Part shown: positions 9,016 through 18,272 of the stretch, piece by piece | Layout: the number at the start of each line of letters is the position of its first letter | How positions within the stretch are numbered: position 1 is the stretch's first letter | From: a virus | Lineage: Duplodnaviria > Caudoviricetes | Direction: 5' to 3' (one strand) | IMG/VR virus record: IMGVR_UViG_3300036402_000307 | Location: 657-64,656 of that record | DNA length: 64,000 bases | The notes under the pieces: model-generated | Databases searched by the model: none | What the model was told of the DNA's origin: nothing | The model's input: the letters and a program-made list of their open reading frames with translations, nothing else | Translations under genes and position numbers: made by a program

Positions 9016-9581
9016 TAGATCGCCTCGTGCACTTCGTACTGGTGAACCGTCATCGAGCCGGTGGCCACCGTCTGCGTGAAGAACATGTCGATGGCATTGG
9101 CCGCGGTGTTGTCGAACCCGGTGCCCACCGCAGGAGCGCCCACCGGGCACAGTAGGGAGCCGTTTCCGCCGGCGGTGTTCGCGGGCGAGCCGATCACGGC
9201 TTCCGACTGGAACAAGCCCAGCCCGAACAGGGTGGTGCTGGTGCCGTTGCCGACGGCGCGGCAGGTCAGCCGCAGCTCCAGCAGGAACGGCACGTTGGTC
9301 TTTGCCACCACGTTCAGGTTCATCGCGCCGGAGTCCCATGCGACGATGGTGCCGGACGGGCCGGTGCGGAAATCGAAACGTGCGGTGCCCGGCGTCGTCA
9401 CGGCGCACGAAATACGGCCAGACAGCTTCACCACTAGGTGCTTGCCCACGGTCCAGAAGTTGGTCGGCAGGATGATGCGCGAGGCCACCGGGATGCAGGA
9501 GGCCGCGGCAGCCGCGGTGAGCGCGGGGCCGTCGGTGCTGCCGATGACCAGCGGCGCGAAGGAGGAGGGGTTGGGGTACAT
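9015..9581 (-). CDS. Putative virion structural protein (beta-rich)
   Basis: Late operon position; T/G/A-rich; high GC3. Confidence 0.65.
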   Translation of the reverse strand: MYPNPSSFAPLVIGSTDGPALTAAAAASCIPVASRIILPTNFWTVGKHLVVKLSGRISCAVTTPGTARFDFRTGPSGTIVAWDSGAMNLNVVAKTNVPFLLELRLTCRAVGNGTSTTLFGLGLFQSEAVIGSPANTAGGNGSLLCPVGAPAVGTGFDNTAANAIDMFFTQTVATGSMTVHQYEVHEAI

Positions 9582-9589
9582 GGCGCGCC

Positions 9590-9994
9590 TTAGAGTTTGA
9601 AGATTTTGTTGGCGCCGTTGTCGTGCGCGATCGTGACGGTCTGCCCTGCGGCCGGCGTGAATGGCAGGCCACTGGTCGGCGTGTCCATGTAGCAGATCAC
9701 TCGCGCTGTGGCGTCGCTGCCGGTGTGCTTGAAGTACACCAGGGCCTTGCTGGCGGTCGCGGCCGCGGCAGTAAGTGAGGTGTCGTCCGCATCGGCCACC
9801 CCGCCGGTGACCGTCTTGCCAGCAAGGGCCGCGCTGCGCCCGTTGTCCACCGCCCCCAGATCGGACAGGAATTTATGGGCAGCGCTGAAGGTGTACGAGG
9901 ACAGGACCAGCATCACGCGGATGTCGTCGGTGTCCCAGTCGATGGAGCCGTCGAGAAAGCCCTCGCGGCCGCTGTCGAACATCGCGTTGGGCAT
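9590..9994 (-). CDS. Putative virion structural protein
   Basis: GSIDWDTDDIRVMLV...NKIFKL resembles a widespread phage structural family; AAGGA RBS. Confidence 0.7.
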   Translation of the reverse strand: MPNAMFDSGREGFLDGSIDWDTDDIRVMLVLSSYTFSAAHKFLSDLGAVDNGRSAALAGKTVTGGVADADDTSLTAAAATASKALVYFKHTGSDATARVICYMDTPTSGLPFTPAAGQTVTIAHDNGANKIFKL

Positions 9995-9997
9995 GGC

Positions 9998-10318
9998 CTA
10001 TTCCTTCGTGCTGATGCGCCTGACGTGCGAGCGCTGGATGCGCCCGTCGCCGTCGTAGGTGTGGGTGATCTCGAAATCGCCGCCGAGCGCCGGCATCACG
10101 GTGACCGCGGCGGGCTGCACGGTGACGTTCACCTGCGGTGCCGGTACTTCCTGCGCCGGCTTGTCCTTGGCGGCCCTGGCCAGCTCCAGCATCTCCGCCA
10201 GCGTGGTGCTGATCTCCCCGGTGTTGGCCTGGCCCTCCTGCGCGGCAAGCACGAGGTCCGCCAGCGCGGAGCTCAGTTCGTCGACCAGGCCCTTCAGGGC
10301 GTCCAGTTCTGCGGCCAT
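9998..10318 (-). CDS. Hypothetical late protein
   Basis: ORF in operon; coiled N-terminus. Confidence 0.6.
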   Translation of the reverse strand: MAAELDALKGLVDELSSALADLVLAAQEGQANTGEISTTLAEMLELARAAKDKPAQEVPAPQVNVTVQPAAVTVMPALGGDFEITHTYDGDGRIQRSHVRRISTKE

Positions 10319-10320
10319 CG

Positions 10321-13065
10321 TCACCCCAGGCACTTCAGGAGCGACTCGAGCACGGACTTGCGCTTGCGCAGCTCGATCAGCGGGCGCTGGGTGTCGCGCG
10401 TGGTGGCGGAAACAGAAACGCCTTCCGGGGAGGGCGTCTGGGTGGGCTGGGCGGCTACCGCTTCGGGTGTCGGGCTAGCGACTGCAGCATCCGCTGCCAC
10501 AGGCGGCGTTCCAGCTCCCAGCGATTGATCTCCACCGCGCGCCCCGGGTCGCCCGGCATCTGATACCGCGTCCACTCGGGCGCGGCGCTCGCCACCGGCA
10601 GGTTGTCCATCAGCCGGCGCATTTGCTCGTTCTTCGCGCGCGCCACTTCCGGCGGGTCGATCAGATGGGACCTCGTTGCCCACTGGCCGATCGGTTGCGG
10701 GGCTGGACTCGGCGCCTCGTTGATCGCCTTGACGAGAGCTGGAGACATTCTCAAGAGATTGCGCGCCATCTTTCGCCCCTTGCGTCGTTGCCCCCGATTC
10801 TACGGGCGCCCCCTCGGCACCGGTGATGGCCGTGATCTTATTGCCCGCGTGCATGTTGCCGTAGGCCACGTACCCCGGCACGTCCAGCCGAGGCGTCCAG
10901 AGTTCCAGCGGGGACAGGCCGACGGCGGGCTTGTCGCTGACCGGGATGTCGCGCCCGGACGCGGCCGCGCCCCACTTGCGCTGCACATCGTTCCACGTGA
11001 GGAGCGTCGCCTTTCCGTCCTTGAGCACCACGCGCGCGCCGCGCTCGCCCAGCCCCTGCAGGCCGGCGGCCGACAAGGCAGCGGCGTCGCCGTCCACGTA
11101 GACCGTCGTGGAGCTGCGCTCCTTCGGCCCGGCGTCGCCCTCGTGGCCAGGATCTGCGCGAGCGGCCTTGTTCCGGCTTGTGCTGCCGTCCTCGTGGACG
11201 GTGTAGGTGCTGCCCTCGGCGGTGGTGAAGCTGGGCCCAGCGGGCCGTCCAGCCGGCATCTCACCATTCGGCACAACCCCCAGCTTTTCGCCCGCCGCGA
11301 AGATCCGGTTCTTTTCCTCTTGGGGGAGGGTTGGGTCTTCTGCGATGAGCGTGCGGAAGTCGGCGTTCAGAAGTTCGGCCGGGATGAATGGCCAATTCGT
11401 GTTCCAGCCGGCTGCACGTTGCTGCTGCAGCGCCAGTTCGAGAACGACGGATTTTGGCGCGGCAGCCGGCTGCGCCTGCACGAACGGCGCCAGCGCCCGC
11501 TGCGCCGCCGCTGCTTCGCTCTTGCCCACCATCAGGCCGTTCTTGGCCTGCAGGACTTTCGTGACGCCGTGGGCAGCCAGCAGCGCGCGAATGGCTGGGG
11601 CATCGCCCAAGATGGTCACCGTTCCGGACGGATTCACCGTCACCTGCGGCGCGGCATTGCCGGTAACGGCGGGCGCTACTGCGGCGGGCCCTCCGGCGTC
11701 CAGTGGAACAGGTCCAGCAGCATCTCCAGGCTGAGCCCCTCGGGTGTCCACGGCTCCCAGTCCCGCTGCAGCAGGTCCAACTCCCAGACCCACGCCTGCC
11801 GCGGCGTCAGCACCCCCTGCTCCAGCGGTTTCTGCAGGTACGGCGGGAACTGCAGCGGCCTGGCCGACATCGGCGGTCTCCTTCCCCAGGATCCTGGCGA
11901 TGTTGTCCACGGCGGTAGCCCCGGCCGGCCGCGTGGAGAGGACGGCGGAGGCCGTCGCGATTGCGGCGTCCACGGTCGGCGCGGCGCGGATCGCCGCCAC
12001 CGGGTCCACAGCCGCCGGCGCCTTGGCGTGGTTCGCCGCGTCCCGCCCGAACGCAGCCACCTCGGCCGGCGCGCCGCCAAGCTCGCCCACGGCTTCCATC
12101 AGCACCTGGCCTGGCTCGTCGATCTTGCCCTTGGTGGCCAGCTGCCCGCCGGCCTCGCCAGCCGCGCCCAGGCCGGCCTGAACGCCCATCTGCGTCGGGA
12201 TGTTGATCGCCTGTCGCGCGATGGCGCTCTTCAGCGGCGGCGCGATGGTCTTGCCCGCGAGGCTCCCGGACACGGCGTCCAGCGTGCCGATGATCCCGGC
12301 GCGCTTGCCTGCATAGGAGAAAGCATCCGCCAGGTTCTTGCGGTCGGAAAAGAACGCCTCCACGGCCTTGCGGTCGGTGACGTCGACACCGGCCTCGCGC
12401 GCGAAGTCGGCCAGCGAACTGCCGGCCTCCACCGTCGCACTGCTCAAGCCCATGGTCGCGGCCCCCGCGTAGGGGCCGGCCACGGCACCAGCGATAAGCG
12501 CCGGGAGCATCGCGGGAAGGGATTGAGCCGTCACGCCCGCGATCACGTCATAGGGCGCTTGCGTGAACGCGTCCCAGGCCTCGCCGAAGGTCTTGGCGGC
12601 GGCGACCTTCTTGACGGCCGGCCGGGTCGTCATCGCCGCGCCGCGCTGAGCATCGGTCTGCGCCTCGACGGCGCCGCCGATCATGCCGGGCAGGCGCTTG
12701 GTGTAGACCTCGATCGTCTTGCGCAGGCCCTCGGCTTCCGGGCTGGTACCCCTGCCGCCCTGCTCCAGTGCGGTGAGCCGATCCTGGGTCTGCTGCAGCT
12801 GCTTTTGCTGCGCCGCCATGTTCAGCGTCTTGCCGGCCGCAATGGTCTGGTCAACCCCGGTGAAGAAGGTATCGCGCAGGTCGCCGGCTTCTTGCGCGAT
12901 GCGCCCGCCAGGAGACTCCGGTGGCGCGGGAGAACCGGTCTGGTTGCCCATGGCGTCGTAGCCGACGTCCTGCGCCACATTGCTGTCCAACTGGCCGGCG
13001 AACGGCACGAACTGGCCGGATGGCGCCTGCGCATCCAGCGCGCCGGAGAACTCGACGAAGCTCAT
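10321..13065 (-). CDS. Large putative internal virion (ejection) protein with inserted cargo domains
   Basis: Start MSFVEFSG overlaps upstream stop; A/G-rich hydrophobic core typical of podovirus ejection proteins. Confidence 0.75.
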   Translation of the reverse strand: MSFVEFSGALDAQAPSGQFVPFAGQLDSNVAQDVGYDAMGNQTGSPAPPESPGGRIAQEAGDLRDTFFTGVDQTIAAGKTLNMAAQQKQLQQTQDRLTALEQGGRGTSPEAEGLRKTIEVYTKRLPGMIGGAVEAQTDAQRGAAMTTRPAVKKVAAAKTFGEAWDAFTQAPYDVIAGVTAQSLPAMLPALIAGAVAGPYAGAATMGLSSATVEAGSSLADFAREAGVDVTDRKAVEAFFSDRKNLADAFSYAGKRAGIIGTLDAVSGSLAGKTIAPPLKSAIARQAINIPTQMGVQAGLGAAGEAGGQLATKGKIDEPGQVLMEAVGELGGAPAEVAAFGRDAANHAKAPAAVDPVAAIRAAPTVDAAIATASAVLSTRPAGATAVDNIARILGKETADVGQAAAVPAVPAETAGAGGADAAAGVGLGVGPAAAGLGAVDTRGAQPGDAAGPVPLDAGGPAAVAPAVTGNAAPQVTVNPSGTVTILGDAPAIRALLAAHGVTKVLQAKNGLMVGKSEAAAAQRALAPFVQAQPAAAPKSVVLELALQQQRAAGWNTNWPFIPAELLNADFRTLIAEDPTLPQEEKNRIFAAGEKLGVVPNGEMPAGRPAGPSFTTAEGSTYTVHEDGSTSRNKAARADPGHEGDAGPKERSSTTVYVDGDAAALSAAGLQGLGERGARVVLKDGKATLLTWNDVQRKWGAAASGRDIPVSDKPAVGLSPLELWTPRLDVPGYVAYGNMHAGNKITAITGAEGAPVESGATTQGAKDGAQSLENVSSSRQGDQRGAESSPATDRPVGNEVPSDRPAGSGAREERANAPADGQPAGGERRARVDAVSDAGRPGARGGDQSLGAGTPPVAADAAVASPTPEAVAAQPTQTPSPEGVSVSATTRDTQRPLIELRKRKSVLESLLKCLG
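10455..10769 (-). CDS. Nested overprinted gene (+1 frame) inside 10321-13065
   Basis: AAGGGG upstream of ATG; mostly G/C-ending codons while the outer frame is low-complexity. Confidence 0.55.
   Translation of the reverse strand: MARNLLRMSPALVKAINEAPSPAPQPIGQWATRSHLIDPPEVARAKNEQMRRLMDNLPVASAAPEWTRYQMPGDPGRAVEINRWELERRLWQRMLQSLARHPKR
11676..11870 (-). CDS. Nested overprinted gene (+1 frame), 64 aa, inside 10321-13065
   Basis: AAGGAG-7nt-ATG; 62 of 64 codons end in G/C. Confidence 0.7.
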   Translation of the reverse strand: MSARPLQFPPYLQKPLEQGVLTPRQAWVWELDLLQRDWEPWTPEGLSLEMLLDLFHWTPEGPPQ

Positions 13066-14153
13066 TGCGCGATGAACCGCTTGCCGTCTGGGGTTTCGTA
13101 CACCGGCTTGCCGCCGGACGTGCCGACCTGCCGGCTGCCGGGCGGGAGCGCGCTCACCGGCTTGCCGGGGGAGGCAGGCGCCGGCGTGGGAGAGGGATTC
13201 GTCGGCGGCGCGCCGCGGTCGGTCAGGCTCTCGTCCAGCAGCGCCGCGGCGCGATTGCGCACGCGCACGGCGTTGTCGTACTGGCGCTCCCACTCCGCCT
13301 TCGCCTCGGACGTGCTGCCCTTGCCGGCTTCCGTCAGCTGCTTGATGGTGGCGTTCATCGCGTTCACGATGGCGCCCAGCTTGTCCGGCTTGCTGCCGTC
13401 GCCGGCGGCGTCCTTGCGGTCGTCGGTTCGGCCCCAATGGTCGATCAGCGCGTCGATGCGCCGGTTCTGGGCGTCCAGGTTGCCCTGCTGCAGTTCCAGT
13501 CGCGCGACGTCGATCGTGAAACGGCGCTGTTCCTGGTCGGCGCGGCGCTGTTCGGCGGCGGTGGTGGCTGCCGCCCGGTTGTCCTCGCGCTCCTGCTGGA
13601 TGTCCACGCGGCGCTCGTCGCGCTTGGGCTTGCCGATGTCCTTTTCGAATTGCGCGTAGGCCGGCAGGTCGTTCACCTTGGCGTCGTCCGCGGCGGCGGC
13701 CAGGGCCTCGTCGGAGGTGCGCTTGCGGGTCTTGCCTTTGACCGCATCGGCCTCGGCCTGCTGGTCGCCCGCCACCTGGGCGCGCAGCTGCTGCATCGCT
13801 GCGGTGCGGTCAGGCTCCGGCAGGTTGGCGATCGCGCGCTCGACGATGCCGGTGTCGCCCACAAAACCCTTGGTGCCGTCGCCTTGCGGCACCGTGCCGG
13901 TCAGCGACGTGACCTTCTTCGGCTCCAGCGGCACGTCTTGGCCGGCGTACTCCCGCGCTTTCACGCCCAGCCGGTTCAGGGGTGCGCTCTGCAGTTCTTG
14001 CTTGAAGACCTCCAACGTCTTGGCCCGCTCCAGCGCGAGGCTGGATTCCTGGCTTCGGGCGTCCTTGTCCAGCTCCGCCTTGAGCATCGTGCTGCCGATG
14101 TTGCCCAGCGCTTCGCCAGCGCCGCCCATCGCGCCCATGAAGATGCCGGCCAT
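13062..14153 (-). CDS. Putative ejection protein
   Basis: MAGIFMGAMGGAGEALG N-terminus, coiled coil; late operon. Confidence 0.65.
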   Translation of the reverse strand: MAGIFMGAMGGAGEALGNIGSTMLKAELDKDARSQESSLALERAKTLEVFKQELQSAPLNRLGVKAREYAGQDVPLEPKKVTSLTGTVPQGDGTKGFVGDTGIVERAIANLPEPDRTAAMQQLRAQVAGDQQAEADAVKGKTRKRTSDEALAAAADDAKVNDLPAYAQFEKDIGKPKRDERRVDIQQEREDNRAAATTAAEQRRADQEQRRFTIDVARLELQQGNLDAQNRRIDALIDHWGRTDDRKDAAGDGSKPDKLGAIVNAMNATIKQLTEAGKGSTSEAKAEWERQYDNAVRVRNRAAALLDESLTDRGAPPTNPSPTPAPASPGKPVSALPPGSRQVGTSGGKPVYETPDGKRFIAQ

Positions 14154-14155
14154 GG

Positions 14156-14647
14156 TCAGGCTCCCGCCACGATGCCGCCCGGCGCCTGGGCAGGCTCAGG
14201 GCCGGCGGGAACGGCAGGGGCCGCGGGTGCCCCCTGCCCGATCATCGCCTGCAGCTTCTCCGGCGTGACGCCCAGCATCTGCAGGAACGCCGAGCCGGTG
14301 GCCTGGGCGTAGGCGGCCAGCTGCGGCCCGTCCACCTGCACGGTCCCGGCTTCTTCCAGGAACTCCAGCGCTTCGAACAGCAGCAGCATGGTCGCCGGCA
14401 GCAGCACGCTCATGGGAATCGTGTGCTTCGACTGGTTGAACAGAACCGCGGCGAGCTTGGCCACCGCGGAGCCCAGCGTTTCCGGGTCCGTGCCCTGCTT
14501 CATCTGCTCCATGGCCATGTCGCGGGTTTCTTGGGCGTACATGACCTTTTTGCCCGCAGCCTCCACCTTGGTGACCACCGGCGCGAGCCGCGGGTCGATC
14601 TTCTGCATCAGCGCTGCGCGCGCCTTGTCGATCACCGGGTTGGTCAT
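14156..14647 (-). CDS. Hypothetical virion-associated protein
   Basis: Coupled ORF in late operon. Confidence 0.65.
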   Translation of the reverse strand: MTNPVIDKARAALMQKIDPRLAPVVTKVEAAGKKVMYAQETRDMAMEQMKQGTDPETLGSAVAKLAAVLFNQSKHTIPMSVLLPATMLLLFEALEFLEEAGTVQVDGPQLAAYAQATGSAFLQMLGVTPEKLQAMIGQGAPAAPAVPAGPEPAQAPGGIVAGA

Positions 14648-15495
14648 GACGTCACTCCCTGGACAATGCCGCGCGGTTGGAATCTAGCCACCTGGTTGCC
14701 GTGCCCGACCTGCGCCAGCCGCTGCTGCTCGAGCGCCATCTTCTGGTTCCACATGTCGCGCTCGTTGGCGCCCTTCATCATTCCGCCCACCAGCTGCATG
14801 CCAGAGGAGAACAGGGTCTTGTTCTTCTCGGCGAAGGAGGTGAGCTTGCCGAAGTAGCTGCCGGAGACTTCCGGGGCGTTCATGGGCGTGGCCTGCGTGC
14901 CGGCCGCCAGGCGCTGGTCCGTTGGGTTCGGCATGTCGAACGGAGTGTTCGGCGCCTGCGCACCGGCCGGGGTCTGGGCGCCGCCGATGTCGGTCACGGC
15001 GGACTCCGCGCTCGGGCCCACCTGCATGGCGCCTGGCGCACTTTCCGCGACCGGCAGCTTCATGGCGGTGTCGATGATCCCCTGCGGGGCCGCCGCGCTG
15101 GCCAACTCACCGACGCCGGCAGCAGCACCCTCCATCCCGGAAACGACGTTGGCCGTGGCGGCCTCGGCACCAGCGGCGCCGCCGTACGCGCTCATGGCGG
15201 CCTCGCTCGCGGCATCCAGGGCGGCCCCGGTCGCGGCTTCGGTGAGACCCGCCTCGGCAGCACCGGCGGCAGCGGCGCCTCCTCCAGCGCTTGCGGCCCC
15301 CGCCACCATTCCGCCGACACCGCCGATCAGGGACATCGCCCCGCCGATCTTCATCAAGTCCTTGCTGCCGGTGACAGCCCCGACCACGGTAAGCGCCATG
15401 CCCACCTCGGCCACGGCCGCCAGCACCATGGTGGCGGTGACCGCTGCTCCGGTGGATGCAGCGGCAGCGAGCGCGGCGACTCCTGTGAAGGCCAT
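14644..15495 (-). CDS. Putative pilot/ejection protein (Ala/Gly-rich)
   Basis: Hydrophobic A/G-rich N-terminus; GAGGAG RBS; follows a GNAT gene as in podovirus core modules. Confidence 0.65.
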   Translation of the reverse strand: MAFTGVAALAAAASTGAAVTATMVLAAVAEVGMALTVVGAVTGSKDLMKIGGAMSLIGGVGGMVAGAASAGGGAAAAGAAEAGLTEAATGAALDAASEAAMSAYGGAAGAEAATANVVSGMEGAAAGVGELASAAAPQGIIDTAMKLPVAESAPGAMQVGPSAESAVTDIGGAQTPAGAQAPNTPFDMPNPTDQRLAAGTQATPMNAPEVSGSYFGKLTSFAEKNKTLFSSGMQLVGGMMKGANERDMWNQKMALEQQRLAQVGHGNQVARFQPRGIVQGVTS

Positions 15496-15505
15496 GTTGT
15501 TCTCC

Positions 15506-15976
15506 TCAGGCCGCGAGGGCCAATGCTGGGGGACGCATCTTGGCGACCATGACTTCCTCGTCCGCATACCCGCGGCGATGAAGGATCGGGCGCCAGTCAA
15601 GCGCGAACTTGATGTGATAGGTGATCTTGTCGGCCGCCAGGTCCCACAGCATCTGCTCGGTCCAGTCGATCAGGCGCAGGCCGGTGGTGCCGCGGCGCGC
15701 GGCCGGATGAAGGAAGAGAACGTCGTTTTGCGCCACGGTGAAGCCGCCGTAGTGCATGTGCCGGTTCAGGAAGAAGGCGCTGTAGCCCACCAGTCGGCCC
15801 TCGTCCCTGGCGGTGAACACGACGAAGCGCTCCAGCTGCTCCAGCAGCGCGTACTCGGGCCACATCGGATCGAGCTTGATGACATCTTGGTGCAGGCACA
15901 GTTCCCGGTAATGCAGGTCCAGCAACGGCTGCACCTCCTGCACCACTTCGCACAGGAGTTCGCGGGCGAAGTCCAT
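15506..15976 (-). CDS. GNAT-fold acetyltransferase-like virion protein
   Basis: ARDEGRLVGY, NDVLFLHPAARRGTTGLRL acetyl-CoA motif. Confidence 0.8.
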   Translation of the reverse strand: MDFARELLCEVVQEVQPLLDLHYRELCLHQDVIKLDPMWPEYALLEQLERFVVFTARDEGRLVGYSAFFLNRHMHYGGFTVAQNDVLFLHPAARRGTTGLRLIDWTEQMLWDLAADKITYHIKFALDWRPILHRRGYADEEVMVAKMRPPALALAA

Positions 15977-15978
15977 GG

Positions 15979-16932
15979 CTACAGGCCGAAGCCGCCGTTC
16001 CAGCCGTCTTGCGGGATGTAGGGCCCGGGCGCGCCACCGCCACCGCCGCCGCCCCCTCCACCGCCCCCGCCGGCGCTGGCCGGAACACCACCGGGAAACC
16101 CGATGTAGTTGCCGGCGCCGTCGAAGCCGGGGTAGTTGGCGAAGTTCAGCTGGCCGCCCAGGTTCAGGCCGGCAATGGCGCCGAGCACCCGGAACTGTGT
16201 CTGCACGTCCCGCCAGATCTGCGCCACCGCTTCGGTCTTGGTGGTGGAGTCCATCTGGTTGTTGTTCTGGATGTTGTTGATCGCACCCATCGCGGTCTGG
16301 AAGGCGCTGTTGGCCTGCTGGTTCGTCTCCAGGATGCGCTGGTTTTGCTGCTGGATCTGGGCGGCCGTCGCCTTGTTGGTGGCGTCCAGATGCGACAGCT
16401 GCACCTGCGTCTCGCGGTTCATCAGCTCCAGGTCCTTGTCGCGCTGGATGGCCTTGTCGTTCAGCTTGAACTGGTTTTCGTAGTCGGTGTTCTTCACCGC
16501 GAACTGGTTGGTCTGGTCGGCGTTGTAGCCGGCCGCCTTCGCCACCGTGGCGGCATCGGCCTGCGCGATGGGGATCGCCGCTTGGTAGGCCGCGGCCTCG
16601 CCAGCGGTCACCGCCATGCTGGTGTTCGACAGGCCGCGGGCGTTGGCCTCCTCCTTGGAGCGCGTGCGGGCCTGCTCCATGAAGGGGCTGCCGGAATTGA
16701 TGATCCGGTTGATGCGACCCTCCACCGTCTGGTCGTCGGTGACCTCCCAGCCCGTGGGGGCGCCCAGCTGCTGCGACTGCGCGCCCACGATTGCGGTGGA
16801 CTGCGGCGGTGTGGCGCTGGCGACTGCGGGGGCCGGCGTCTGCATGGCGGTGGTGAAGATGCCGGGCTGGGCGGGCGCCTGCGGCTGCTGGCCCTTCAGT
16901 GCGTCGTTCAGCGGGTCGTAGGTGGTTGGCAT
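15979..16932 (-). CDS. Putative DNA pilot/internal virion protein
   Basis: NARGLSNTSMA motif, Q/N-rich coil, poly-Gly tail. Confidence 0.6.
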   Translation of the reverse strand: MPTTYDPLNDALKGQQPQAPAQPGIFTTAMQTPAPAVASATPPQSTAIVGAQSQQLGAPTGWEVTDDQTVEGRINRIINSGSPFMEQARTRSKEEANARGLSNTSMAVTAGEAAAYQAAIPIAQADAATVAKAAGYNADQTNQFAVKNTDYENQFKLNDKAIQRDKDLELMNRETQVQLSHLDATNKATAAQIQQQNQRILETNQQANSAFQTAMGAINNIQNNNQMDSTTKTEAVAQIWRDVQTQFRVLGAIAGLNLGGQLNFANYPGFDGAGNYIGFPGGVPASAGGGGGGGGGGGGGAPGPYIPQDGWNGGFGL

Positions 16933-16946
16933 CGTGGTCCTTCAGA

Positions 16947-17060
16947 TCAAATCGAGCGCACGCACGGCGCCTCGTTCGGCTGGTGGTCGGAACAGGAAAC
17001 GAGCGCGCCGCCAGCGAACATCCCCAGCGCGAAGATGATGCTGACGGCGGTGTGGTACAT
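16947..17060 (-). CDS. Very small lipoprotein (37 aa)
   Basis: MYHTAVSIIFALGMFAGGALVSC lipobox-like; start overlaps upstream stop. Confidence 0.45.
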   Translation of the reverse strand: MYHTAVSIIFALGMFAGGALVSCSDHQPNEAPCVRSI

Positions 17061-17521
17061 CAGGGCGCTTCCGGGCGCGCGTAGTCGATGGCGGCCTGCA
17101 CGTGCGGCTCCTGCGGCACGTTCGGGGCATTGAAGCGCGCCGCGCCGCCGATGCGCACGCCCGTGAACATGGCCCAGACGGTGAACTTGTTGTAGCCGGT
17201 CGCCTGCAGCGCTTCGCGGAACACGGCATCGCATTCCTCGCGGGTAAGCGCGCGCAGCTCGCCGCGAACCCACACCAACGCGCCGGAATAGAGCCAGTCG
17301 TGGATGACGGCCGCCCGCTTTCCCTTGCCGCCGAACAGCAGGTAGGCCAGCACGATGCGCGGCACGCTGGCAAAGTCGGTGATGAACCCGGTCGGCGCGA
17401 CGATGAGGGCGCCCAGCAACGCGCTGTAGAAACACAGGGCGGCCAGCAGCATGTGCGTGTCCGCGAACTCGTCGACCAGCCTTGTGTCGAGGTCCGTGGT
17501 GAAGCCGGCGACGCGGATCAC
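17060..17521 (-). CDS. DUF1353 family protein
   Basis: PTGFITDFASVPR, AAVIHDWLY, DAVFREAL, GVRIGG. Confidence 0.85.
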   Translation of the reverse strand: MIRVAGFTTDLDTRLVDEFADTHMLLAALCFYSALLGALIVAPTGFITDFASVPRIVLAYLLFGGKGKRAAVIHDWLYSGALVWVRGELRALTREECDAVFREALQATGYNKFTVWAMFTGVRIGGAARFNAPNVPQEPHVQAAIDYARPEAP

Positions 17522-17763
17522 TTTGCCACCGGCGCCGGTAGCGCCGCCTTGTCGCGCGCCGCACAAGGCATCTCGGCCAGGTCGCGTTTGTCAATCTCGC
17601 TGGTGATGCCGATCGGGCCGTACAGGCTGGCCACAAAGGCGCGGTCGCAGGCCAGCGTGGTGGTGACACGGTTCTGCAGCTGCGCGCCGACGTCGATGGT
17701 GCCGCAACCGGTCACGCCGGAGGCAGACAGGGCGATGGCGAGGAAATAGGCGGTGCGGTTCAT
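17518..17763 (-). CDS. Lipoprotein in lysis cassette
   Basis: Lipobox VTGC; AAGGAG RBS. Confidence 0.65.
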   Translation of the reverse strand: MNRTAYFLAIALSASGVTGCGTIDVGAQLQNRVTTTLACDRAFVASLYGPIGITSEIDKRDLAEMPCAARDKAALPAPVAK

Positions 17764-18272
17764 GGTGACTCCTTCTGGGTGAGAACTTGGGCCCTGGCCT
17801 GCGCGTGGTAAGCGTCCCAGGTCTCGCGGTGCGGCTTGCCCGGACGCCAGCAGCGCAGGTAGCACTCCCAGGCGGTTTCGTGGTCGGCGTCAACCGGCGG
17901 CAGCGGCTTCGGGTCCGCCCACAGCAGCAGTCGCGCGAAGGCCGCGGCAAGCACGTCGTCGTGCTCCAGCCGTTCGTGAATCAGCACTTGGTCGAAGGGC
18001 ACGCCGCGGGCCTTGCAGACGACTTCGGCATGCGCGCGCGTGGCCCGGTTCGTCATCACGCAGAAGACCCCGCCGCGCTCGTTCTGCCAGAAGCCCCGGG
18101 CCGGGCCCTTCACGTAGGGGTTCTTCGTGCGCTGGTAGCGCCACTCGAATTTGCTCTCCTGCAGGCCGGCGGTCAGGATCATCACGCGGGAGTCGTCGCT
18201 GTCCATCTTCGCCGGCAACAGCTTCAGCGCCGGGTTCACCGCGCTGTGCAGGACCGCCTCGAGCGGGTTCAC
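17760..18272 (-). CDS. Putative endolysin (lysozyme-like fold)
   Basis: LQES catalytic Glu and GPARGFWQ motif; directly follows holin. Confidence 0.7.
   Translation of the reverse strand: MNPLEAVLHSAVNPALKLLPAKMDSDDSRVMILTAGLQESKFEWRYQRTKNPYVKGPARGFWQNERGGVFCVMTNRATRAHAEVVCKARGVPFDQVLIHERLEHDDVLAAAFARLLLWADPKPLPPVDADHETAWECYLRCWRPGKPHRETWDAYHAQARAQVLTQKESP

Noticed and set aside
10603-13659. 1018-aa plus-strand ORF and other long antisense ORFs (for example 23960-25636, 30415-32184, 54830-56743)
   Set aside because: Shadow frames of GC-rich genes on the opposite strand; no RBS or recognisable motifs.
16030-16075. GGC-type repeat as a phase-variable tract
   Set aside because: Mixed Gly codons encoding a poly-Gly linker, not a pure repeat.
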